Assembly (NCBI GenBank): GCA_963792585.1
Contig: CAWBWI010000002.1
Location: forward strand, 192,001 to 256,000
Direction: 5' to 3'
From: Candidatus Eiseniibacteriota bacterium
Lineage (GTDB): Bacteria; Eisenbacteria; RBG-16-71-46; CAIMUX01; VGJL01
Length of the DNA stretch: 64,000 nt
The notes under the pieces were generated by a model. That model was given only the letters and a program-made list of their open reading frames with translations. It was not told the DNA's origin and made no database searches. Both the position numbers and the translations under genes were made by a program. Positions 9,711 through 18,260 of the stretch are shown in pieces; within the stretch, counting starts at the first letter, position 1; the number at the start of each line of letters is the position of its first letter.

Positions 9711-11896
9711 ATGACGGAACAGGAGCGGTCCGACCTCCCGAATCCGGCGCATTCGTCCCCCTTCCGCATCGAGGACTGCCTCATCCTTCCCGCCCTGAAC
9801 CGCATCGAGTGCGGCCGGGAGACCCACCAGATCGAGCCCCGGGTCATGCAGGTCCTGGTCTGTCTCGCCTCCCGACCGAACGAAGTCCTTTCCCGGCAGA
9901 TGCTCTTCGACGCGGTCTGGACCGATTCCGTGGTCTGCGAAGAGGCGCTGACGAGGACGATCTCGGAGTTGCGACGGGTCTTTCGAGACGATACGAAGAC
10001 CCCCCGCGTCATCGAGACGATCCGGAAGGGGGGATACCGTCTCATCGCCCCGATCACGCCCGCATCCGCGCCGGAGCCGGGCAGGCAGGCGCTGCCGGCC
10101 CCGGACTCGGCGCCATCTCCGCCCCCGCCCCGGATCGAACCCTCGAAGCTGTCGATCCGCGGATGGCAGAGGACGGCCTGGCTACTCGGGATCGGCGGCA
10201 TGGCCGTCGTGACGGTGATCTTCATCTCCTCCTGGGGAGCGAAGCGCTTCACGCGGGCGAATCCATCGATTCCCGTTCTGACGGAACCGATCCCCCTCAC
10301 GAGCTTCCCCGGTCTGGAACTCTTCCCCGCCCTCTCGCCCGACGGTTCGATGGTCGCCTTCTCATGGGCGGGCGAGAGCTCGGGGGAGGGCAATCCCCTC
10401 GATATCTATGTCATGAAGACCAGGAACGGCTCGCCGGTCCGTCTGACCAATCTACCCGGGCCCGAGTGCTTCCCATCCTGGTCACCCGATGGCACGGAGA
10501 TTGTCTTCTCCAATGAAACGAAGGACGGATACGCGATCTGCACCATGCCGGTTCTCGGGGGAGAGGTCCGGCGGATGGCCACGGTCGAGTCCGAGATCGG
10601 CGGGCTGGATTGGTCGCCCGACGGTCAGACGATCGCCTATTCGGCCGCCGACACGTCGAGCGAGATCCCGCGGATCCGCCTTCTGACATTGGGGAGCCTG
10701 TCGCGGCGGGCTCTCACAACCCCGCTGCAACATTGCCGGGGGGACATCGAACCGGTCTTCTCCCCGGACGGGCGAAGTGTAGCCTTCGTCCGCATCAATC
10801 AACTTCAGGATCCGGACGCGTATGTTGTGCCGTTCGAGGGGGGCGAAGCGCGTGCACTCGACATCGGGGGCGGGCGGGTCTCCGGCGTTGCCTGGTGGTC
10901 GCAGCGGGAGCTGATCATCTCCGCGGCATCGAAGCTGGACTATGGCCTGTGGAAGGTCTCCGTCGATTCCGGCGAGCGATCGCGGCTCTCGATTCCAGGA
11001 GGGAGGATCCAGAGAGTATCCCTGGCGCGAACCAGCCGGCGTCTCGCGTACGAGAAGATCTCCTTCGCCCGCAACATATGGTGCGTCGACATTTCAAAGG
11101 CGGGGGAGTTCCATCGACGGCGGGAGCCCCTGATCGCATCGACGCAGCGGCAATCGGAACCGGTCCCTTCGCCCGACGGTCGATCGATAGCCTTTGTCTC
11201 GGACCGATCCGGATCGTCCGAGATCTGGATCGCCGACGCCTCCGGCGACCATCCGCGACGACTCACGGACCATCAGGCCACGCAGATGACCCGTCCCCGC
11301 TGGTCCCCGGACGGGACGCAGATCGCCTACTCATGCAATGCCGATGGGCCTTCCTCGATCTATGTAACGGAACTGCAATCACAGGTCGCCCGCAGGTTGG
11401 TCCCCGGCGGGCCGCAGATCCTCGCGGCGTGGTCGCGGCAGGGAGACGACCTCTACTACCAGGCCGATGCTCCCGGGGGTGGGAGGTATGGCGGGTCCAT
11501 CCCGATGGGACCGGCCGCAGGAAGGTCAGCGAGGCGGGTTACACGATCATCGATGAGGCTTCCGACGGTAGCGGCCTTCTGTGTGTCAAGTCGGGCGAGC
11601 CGGGGATCTGGCTCCTGCCGGTCGACGGCGGCCAGAAGTCGCTGGTGGTCCCGGGTGAATCGTGTCGAGACTGGCAGGAGACGATCGTCGCAGAGGGTGG
11701 GTTGTATTTCACGCGCCGCGGCAAGGAGACATCGACGCTGGGGTTCTACGATCTTGCCACCGGTCGGTCCGATTCGCTCGCCTCTCTGGAATGGTATGCC
11801 GCCTCGCTCGCGCTCTCCCCGGACCAATCGATGCTGCTCTACGATTGCATCGGAAAGATCGAAGCGGACCTGATGCTTTCCGAGGTCCGTGAATAG
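9711..11896 (+). CDS. CadC/ToxR-like winged-helix regulator + TM + extracytoplasmic TolB/PD40 propeller (one frameshift at about 11475-11479)
   Basis: IEPRVMQVLVCLA...LTRTISELRRVF.DD...IETIRKGGYRL (Trans_reg_C); TM helix; WSPDG repeats. Reading continues in another frame after the G5 run (YYQADAPGG / WEVWRVHPDG). Confidence 0.8.
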
Positions 11897-11926
11897 GGCG
11901 CGTCAGCAGGCGGATCTCGTGCTTCT

Positions 11927-12045
11927 TCAGGCGGGCCGTCGTCTCCACCGTCCCGGCGAGTCTCCGGTCCAGCGGCGGAATGCTCGGTTGAAGCTGCTCT
12001 GACCGCTGAATCCAAGCATGAACGCCACCTCCGCGATCGACACCC
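11927..12045 (-). pseudogene. 3' fragment of an AraC-family regulator (second HTH only)
   Basis: SIAEVAFMLGFSGQSSFNRAFRRWTGDSPGRWR is the AraC C-terminal signature; no upstream AraC sequence is present. Confidence 0.75.
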
Positions 12046-12329
12046 TCGGGGTGTACCGCCGCGGATGGTTCGCGGCCGGCGAGTTCGGTAAGGACAAGGC
12101 GATCGTCACGCACGTGACGCACAGCGACTGGTACCAGAAGAACTTCTATCCCGGCGCCAAGAACGGATGGTACCTCGATACGGGTGGAACCTTCCATTAC
12201 GGCCTGGCGGCCGGCCTCGCGCTGGGCAGGGCGGAGTTGGTCGGGCGCTTCGGCTGGGCTCGGACCGAGGACTTCAACGAACTGGTGCCGCCTTTGTACG
12301 GGAGCGCGGGGGTGGGGTTCGGGATGTGA
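12042..12329 (+). pseudogene. 3' fragment of a probable outer-membrane beta-barrel protein
   Basis: Amphipathic strands ending ...PLYGSAGVGFGM; no signal peptide or credible start; abuts the AraC fragment back-to-back. Confidence 0.5.
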
Positions 12330-12401
12330 TGCGAAGATGGCGTCGATGCCCCCGGGCGGTTTCCCAAGGGCTCGGCGCGACATGCCTACCGCGCGGTTGG
12401 G

Positions 12402-13871
12402 CTACCCCGTGATCCCGGTCGCGAGACGGTCGCGAAGGGTCTCGGTGAAGACCATGAACCGCCAGACGTCCGCGAAGTTGGATGCAAGTCCGAGTGAGAC
12501 ACGAATCGTGTTGGGGACTTTGCCGGATGCATCCTGGATGAGACGCTGGCAGTCAAGCAAGGTGACCGGAATCTCCGGCTCGGAAAAGCATTCGGCCATC
12601 TCGTCCCGGCTGATGTCGTGAGCCACTTCGCCGTCGCCGGGATTGCAGAAGCAGCCCGTGCGTACGGAGATGTGCTCGAGCCCGGCGAGTTCCTCGACGC
12701 GTTGCACGTCGTAAACGACGCCGCCCGGATCCAGAAGGTAGAAGGCGATGGTGGCGCCGCGGCGCTCCATCGTCTCAGGGCCGAACAGACGCACCATCGG
12801 AGCGCCGTTGGAGTGACGCATCGCGGACATTTCGTCGAGAAGCCAAGCAGCAAGGGAGACGACCCGCGCGTGCACGGTGTCGAGACCGATATCGGTCAGG
12901 TGGCGCAGACCGATTGTGAGCGCGGGCAGTCCCAGGTAGTCGACGGTGCCGTCCTCGAATCCGGCGTGGCCGGGCGCTAGGTGGTGCCAGCCCGCGCCCT
13001 GCACGGACGCGATGGTGATGGTGCCACCGGAGAACCACGGACGCCGCAGCGAGGCGAGCGCCTCGCGTCGAGCCAGCAGCGCGCCGGCTCCGGTGGGATA
13101 ACCGAACATCTTGTAGAACGAGAGGGTGACAAAGTCGGGTTGCACTTCGGAGAGGTCGAGCCGGTTGGTGGGTACAAAGGCCGCCGAGTCCAGCAAGACA
13201 TGCCAGCCTTCCGACCGCGCCAGGGCGACCCACTCGAGCGGATGCTGCACGCCGCTGAAGTTCGACTGCGCGGGATAGGCGAAGAGCCGGGGGTGTTCCC
13301 GGGCCGCAGTCTGCAGGTGATGGCGTACCAGATGCTCGTCCAGGCGCAGATCGGGGTTGCGCACCGGTACGTAGATGACCTGCGCGCCGTTCCGCCGCGC
13401 GTACTCACGAACGCCGTTGACGGAGTTGTGATTGTCGTAGGAAAGCAGATAGGTTCCGCCGGGTTCGAACGGGAACGCCTCTCCGATGAGCTTCAGCGCC
13501 CCACTCGCGTTCGAGGTGAATACAACATCGTATTCATCCGTGGAGGCATGAAAGAAGTCGAGCACGCTCGCCCTCGCCTCCTCGACGAGCTCCGTTGCGG
13601 CCAGCGAGGTCGGATTGCGCGAGTGCGGATTGCCAAAGACCCCGGTCGCGAGGAGGTCATGGTGGGCGCGAATCTGCGACTCGCCATAGAGGCCGCCGCC
13701 GGTGTAGTCGAGATAAGTATGGCCCTGGGCGTCGAGCCGGGCGTAGTCACGAGCCCGGTAGGTGTCGATCCGGCTGGTCGTGCCATAGCCGGGGTGCGCG
13801 AGGGTGAAGGCCGCAAACGCCTCTGCGTAGCGCCCGGAATGGTAACGCGTGTCGGACGAGGTTGGGGACAC
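12402..13871 (-). CDS. Class-V PLP aminotransferase, molybdenum-cofactor-sulfurase (MOCOS/ABA3)-like cysteine desulfurase domain
   Basis: YLDYTGGGLY, DNHNSVNGVRE, AYPAQSNFSG, VLLDSAAF, SFYKMFGYPTG (PLP Lys), RTGCFCNPG (persulfide Cys); GTG start after GAGGAG; no MOSC domain. Confidence 0.85.
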   Translation of the reverse strand: MSPTSSDTRYHSGRYAEAFAAFTLAHPGYGTTSRIDTYRARDYARLDAQGHTYLDYTGGGLYGESQIRAHHDLLATGVFGNPHSRNPTSLAATELVEEARASVLDFFHASTDEYDVVFTSNASGALKLIGEAFPFEPGGTYLLSYDNHNSVNGVREYARRNGAQVIYVPVRNPDLRLDEHLVRHHLQTAAREHPRLFAYPAQSNFSGVQHPLEWVALARSEGWHVLLDSAAFVPTNRLDLSEVQPDFVTLSFYKMFGYPTGAGALLARREALASLRRPWFSGGTITIASVQGAGWHHLAPGHAGFEDGTVDYLGLPALTIGLRHLTDIGLDTVHARVVSLAAWLLDEMSAMRHSNGAPMVRLFGPETMERRGATIAFYLLDPGGVVYDVQRVEELAGLEHISVRTGCFCNPGDGEVAHDISRDEMAECFSEPEIPVTLLDCQRLIQDASGKVPNTIRVSLGLASNFADVWRFMVFTETLRDRLATGITG

Positions 13872-14039
13872 GACGACTCCTCGGTTGGACTTCCTGACAG
13901 GCTCATCTGTGAGTCGAGAATCGACAGCCGAACCGTTCGGTACGGGCCCGATCCCGAATGACGGTAACCCATGGTGATCGGGGCGAAAAGACGGACGTGG
14001 GGGCTTTGCCACGACGATAGGGCGAGTCGGCCAGGCAGA

Positions 14040-15392
14040 TCAGCCGCACCCTCCCTTTGCAACCGCCCTTCTCTCAACCTTGACCTTCCTCACGTAGTCG
14101 CGCCTCGGTGGGTTTCCGCCGGTGAACGTCGGATCGGCCGAACCCCCCGGACCCGCCGTGGACGCCATCGCGCAGTCGGGGACATACTCCCGGCGTGCGA
14201 CTTCGGGATGAGCCGAAGGGCTCAGCTCGCCGACGGCGACGAGGAATCGGTAGTGGAGCATCTCGTCAACCCCGATCCCGTCGACGGTACTGACCTGCTC
14301 GCTCCCTTCGCTTCCGTCGACACGCAGCGCGACGCAGGGGCCGACGGGATAGGCCTCCAGCCAGTGGTTGATCCCTCCCTCGATCACGTAGAGGTTCAGC
14401 ACGCCCTGCGCCTTCAATCTCTTCCACGCCTCGACGGCGTCCCTTTCCCCGTTGCTGACCAGAAACACGATCGTGTTGTCGGCGTCGTCGAGGAGATTGC
14501 GGACCAGATCTGCGGCCGTCGTGGAACCCATGTCGATCCGCTCCGAGCCGGAGAGGTGGAAGAGGTTGTAGTCAGCCTCGGCGCGCACCTCCAGGATCCT
14601 GACGAGCAAGGTGAGATCCCGGCGTAAGTCGACGACCTCGGCAGGGTCCACGAAGATCTCGCGGCCCGCGATCTGACGATCACCATCCTTTGAGATCCAA
14701 TTCCAGCGATCCGCGACGCTCGGCTGTCCCTTGAGGATCAGGCCGAAACACAGCGCCACGAGCGACCCTGCGGCGATCAGGATGGTCCGGCGGCCCGGCA
14801 TCGATCGGCGGCCTCCGAACTTCGCCTCGGCGAGCTCCGCGAGGTAGAACATTCCGAGTGCCATCGAAACGAGAAGCAGAACGGTCACACCCGTCGGCAG
14901 TCCAAGCCAGGCCGGGAGCGTGAAGACTCCCATGGAGCTCGAATGCCACCACCTGTCGAAGAGGTGGACCGTCTCGCCGAAAGCCTGGACGCCAAAGAGG
15001 CCGCCCACCACAAACATGATTCCGTCCAGCTTCAGCGTGCCGGCGGCGACCAGTGAAGTGCCCGGACAGAATCCGCCGACGATGAACCCGACCCCCATGA
15101 TCAGCCCGCCGACGATCCCCGGCACGAGGTACGTTGGGTTGACCCAAACCCGGGCCAGATCCAGAAGCTGGAAGGCGGAGGCCAGGTGGATCAGGACAGC
15201 CGCCGTGATAATCCCGGTGAACATCACCTTGAGAACGGTCAGATCGCGCAGGTAGAACTGCGCCGCGAGCTTCCGCGAGTCCCCGAATCCGGACGACTCC
15301 AGCACGACCCCGAACCCGATCCCGAGGAGGAAGAAGGTCAGAAAGTAAGCGATTCCGCCGGCATGCAAGGCGAGATTGAAGGGAGCCATCAT
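14040..15392 (-). CDS. YeeE/YedE sulfur-compound transporter fused to a rhodanese-like domain, ending in GGCG
   Basis: GIGFGVVLE.SGF, GGLIMGVGF.VGGFCPGTS; rhodanese-like EVRAEADYNLFHL.GS...LYVIEGGINHW; C-terminus KVKVERRAVAKGGCG. Confidence 0.85.
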   Translation of the reverse strand: MMAPFNLALHAGGIAYFLTFFLLGIGFGVVLESSGFGDSRKLAAQFYLRDLTVLKVMFTGIITAAVLIHLASAFQLLDLARVWVNPTYLVPGIVGGLIMGVGFIVGGFCPGTSLVAAGTLKLDGIMFVVGGLFGVQAFGETVHLFDRWWHSSSMGVFTLPAWLGLPTGVTVLLLVSMALGMFYLAELAEAKFGGRRSMPGRRTILIAAGSLVALCFGLILKGQPSVADRWNWISKDGDRQIAGREIFVDPAEVVDLRRDLTLLVRILEVRAEADYNLFHLSGSERIDMGSTTAADLVRNLLDDADNTIVFLVSNGERDAVEAWKRLKAQGVLNLYVIEGGINHWLEAYPVGPCVALRVDGSEGSEQVSTVDGIGVDEMLHYRFLVAVGELSPSAHPEVARREYVPDCAMASTAGPGGSADPTFTGGNPPRRDYVRKVKVERRAVAKGGCG

Positions 15393-15400
15393 GCCCTCCC

Positions 15401-15949
15401 CTAGGTCCAGAGTCGCCGGAGCGACCAGGCAAGCGCATACGCGGCGATGAAGATCGAGAACATGAACGCGAAGCTGCCCACGGAGAGCACGGCCCCGCCA
15501 CTCAGAGCCTGGCCGGATGTGCAGCCCCGGGCCATGCGGGCGCCGTAGGCCATGATGACCCCACCCAGGAATGCGGTGGCCCAACGCGCCGGAATCGAGA
15601 TACGCGGCCCACGCCGTGTCTCCAGCTTCACCCGGCGATTGAGCAGCCCGGAGAGCGTCCCACCCAGGATCGTCCCGAGCAGCATGAGGACCGACGGGTG
15701 GCTGAGCGCGTTCCGATGTCCACCACCCATCTCGGACATGTAGCCGACACGGTCTACATGGCCGGCGTCGAGCACATCGAGGACCGCAACCTGCACTCTG
15801 TTGATCGCTGCGGAGGCGCCAAGACCGTTGCCGGTGATGTAGAAGGAGAGAAACAGGACGACCCCGAGCAAGGCCCCGCCGAGATAGGGGTTGATGTACC
15901 CTCGGGGCGAGCGGGGCTTCCGCGTAGGTGCCGTGCTGATCTCAGGCAT
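15401..15949 (-). CDS. YeeE/YedE family membrane protein
   Basis: NPYLGGALLG, GLGAS, GARMARGCTSGQALSGG motif; several TM helices. Confidence 0.85.
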   Translation of the reverse strand: MPEISTAPTRKPRSPRGYINPYLGGALLGVVLFLSFYITGNGLGASAAINRVQVAVLDVLDAGHVDRVGYMSEMGGGHRNALSHPSVLMLLGTILGGTLSGLLNRRVKLETRRGPRISIPARWATAFLGGVIMAYGARMARGCTSGQALSGGAVLSVGSFAFMFSIFIAAYALAWSLRRLWT

Positions 15950-18260
15950 TGGATCCTCCCGTCGCCGCGTGGCGTTTCAGTTCGATTTCCTCGTATCCAT
16001 GGACCATGGAGCCGACGTTTGACAGCACGGTGCGCCCGGTCGTGGTGAGGTACACGTGGAAGCAGAAGAACGCCAGGAAGAGCCAGGCACAGAGGCTATG
16101 CAATGGCGCCACCAGGGTAAGCCCCCCCGTGGCCTGCGCCAGCTGCGGCCACCGCGATGCGCCCCAGATCAGGATGCCCGTCACCACCTGGATGGGGAAG
16201 AGCACGTTCAGGAGTGCAAGATAGGTGATCTGCTGCAGCGGGTTCAGTTTCCGTTCCGGCGTCTTCGGCGAAGGATGTGGCTGTCCGAGGAAGATCCCGC
16301 GCGCATAGTACTGCGCCTGCGCGGTGACGTTGTCGATCAGGTCCTTCCGTGGCGGCAGGAATTGCCTGATCGCACTCGTTGTGAGGTGGTAGAAGAGCGA
16401 GAGGAAGGCGTTCACCGTCAGAACGACCGCGAAGAAGTTGTGGACGGTGACCGCCTTCGGCAACGCGATGAGGTTCCAGGCGCCCGCAAAGTGAACCTGA
16501 AGCCCCGTTAGCATCAACGCGAGGATGCTCAGGCCCATGAGCCAGTGCCAGAGCCTCTCGTAAGCGGAGTACAGGTACACCCGACGGGTAGCGGCCTGCG
16601 CCGCTTCACCCTTCGCACGTCGCGAGAGGACCCGGAAGAGGGTATGAGCCATGATACCCAGGAGCGAGACGACGAAGATGGTGAAGCCAAGGCGATCGGC
16701 CCATCCGCGTCGGGAGTGGCCGAGGACGTACAGGCCGGTGGCGGGCCTGGGCACGACGGACGCGCCCTCGCGGCCGAATTCGATCCGAGCTTGGAGGCTT
16801 GGGTCGACCGACGGATCCCGAGTGGACGGGTCGGCGCCGACCGGAACGTACGACGCGAGCTCGAGCCCGGCGCTCAAGCGGGACTGGCTCCCGTGACAGC
16901 TCAGGCAGTCCCGCTGAACCTGCTCGCCCCCTTGCACCCCGTGCGTGATCGGATGAAACGAGACCTCCCGGAGGATCCTCGGATCGCCGACGCCGAGCTC
17001 GTGAAGTCGCGACCGTATCAGGTCCGTCTTGGCGACTGTGTCGAGGCGTAACTCCGCCGGGCTCAGTCGGCCGTCTTGGTTCCCGTCAAAGGCCACGAGG
17101 ACCTCAGCGTCGTAGCGATCGTCCTCGAGGTACGCCCTGACGATCAGGCTTGCCGCAAGCGCGGAGCCGCCGGGGCCGTCGGACCAGAACCAGGTGTCGA
17201 CGACGTTGAATGGAGCCAACTTGGTTCCCCCGCGGGGGTCGCTGTGGGGCAGGAGCATTGGGGAGTATCCCCGGGTGTATGCCGTACTGAGGGACCCGCT
17301 CTCCAGGAGTTCCATTCCGCGATACTGCGCGAGGGCACGCCGATCCATCGTGATCACGGTCGCGTCGATCGTCCCGGCCGCCGGGCCCATGGGGTGCGGG
17401 ACATGGCAGGCCTGGCACTCCAGCGTGTCGAAGTGCCGGCGCTTGTACGGAAGGAAGTCGTGAACCTTCAGCGGATCGTGACATGACCGGCAAGTGGCGG
17501 CCGCGAGTCGATGATTCGGCTCGTGCAGGTACTCCGAGATCGGGATCCGTCGCGGATCCTCGACGAGGAAGTCCAGCCTCGCGTGCTTCATCTCGGCCTT
17601 GGCGGGGTTGTTCGGAGAGAAGTGGCAATCGACGCAAGCAACCAGCCTCCGCGCGTGGACGTCCCAAGGGTAGGTTCGCCCCTCCTTGCCCTGCAGGTTC
17701 AAGTACGAGCGGCTGACGTCCTGCGAGGAGATGATCGCGCCCGTGTTCAAGGTGAGGTCGCAGGCCACCATCGAAGCGGAATCGGCCCTTGGACCGAATC
17801 CGGCAGGAATTGAAAGGGGATCGTCTCCTTCGTGGACGATGCCGTGGCACGAGGCGCAGTTTTCGTCGCGGGGCGCGGAGATTCGAATCGCCTCGCGACG
17901 AAGCTTTCCAGTCTCATCGTAGGCCCCCGGATCACGCGGGAATTCTCCCCCATGCAAATGGCACTCGATGCAGGTCACCTGCACGCGGTCGCTCCAGTGA
18001 TCGCTGTGGGCGTGAATGTAGTCGGCATCGTGACATGCCCCGCAGGTGGTTTCCGAAGAGGCCGGCCGGCCGGATGCCCCGACCGGCGCCCCTGTCCCGT
18101 CCAGAACGACGAAGGCGGGATGCATCGGGTTCGCTCCTGGCCCCTGCGGCGCGATCGACGTCGAGGCCTGGAAGAACGCCGGCGTCTGGGGCGCCGCGGA
18201 AACCAGTGTGCCGATCGTGCCCAGCAGAGCGAGCCCATATGCCACGGTAATTCGGGTCAT
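15942..18260 (-). CDS. 7-heme c-type cytochrome (OTR-like) fused to a Ni-hydrogenase/Fdn-type cytochrome b
   Basis: Signal peptide; CxxCH x7 (CGACH, CIECH, CASCH, CVDCH, CRSCH, CQACH, CLSCH); cytochrome b part ERLWHW, VHNFF, KLNPLQQITY, LHSL..WLFLAFFCFHVY; ATGA overlap with the upstream gene. Confidence 0.85.
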   Translation of the reverse strand: MTRITVAYGLALLGTIGTLVSAAPQTPAFFQASTSIAPQGPGANPMHPAFVVLDGTGAPVGASGRPASSETTCGACHDADYIHAHSDHWSDRVQVTCIECHLHGGEFPRDPGAYDETGKLRREAIRISAPRDENCASCHGIVHEGDDPLSIPAGFGPRADSASMVACDLTLNTGAIISSQDVSRSYLNLQGKEGRTYPWDVHARRLVACVDCHFSPNNPAKAEMKHARLDFLVEDPRRIPISEYLHEPNHRLAAATCRSCHDPLKVHDFLPYKRRHFDTLECQACHVPHPMGPAAGTIDATVITMDRRALAQYRGMELLESGSLSTAYTRGYSPMLLPHSDPRGGTKLAPFNVVDTWFWSDGPGGSALAASLIVRAYLEDDRYDAEVLVAFDGNQDGRLSPAELRLDTVAKTDLIRSRLHELGVGDPRILREVSFHPITHGVQGGEQVQRDCLSCHGSQSRLSAGLELASYVPVGADPSTRDPSVDPSLQARIEFGREGASVVPRPATGLYVLGHSRRGWADRLGFTIFVVSLLGIMAHTLFRVLSRRAKGEAAQAATRRVYLYSAYERLWHWLMGLSILALMLTGLQVHFAGAWNLIALPKAVTVHNFFAVVLTVNAFLSLFYHLTTSAIRQFLPPRKDLIDNVTAQAQYYARGIFLGQPHPSPKTPERKLNPLQQITYLALLNVLFPIQVVTGILIWGASRWPQLAQATGGLTLVAPLHSLCAWLFLAFFCFHVYLTTTGRTVLSNVGSMVHGYEEIELKRHAATGGSNA

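Noticed and set aside
11475..11479. G5 run at the frameshift in the wHTH-PD40 gene as phase variation or programmed frameshift
   Set aside because: The run is too short for typical slipped-strand switching; a homopolymer sequencing error is more likely.
14037..14048. GGCG-TGA at the end of YeeE-rhodanese as a possible C-G-U selenocysteine motif
   Set aside because: No SECIS-like hairpin at the proper distance and the read-through sequence is not protein-like; GGCG is well explained as a true C-terminus.
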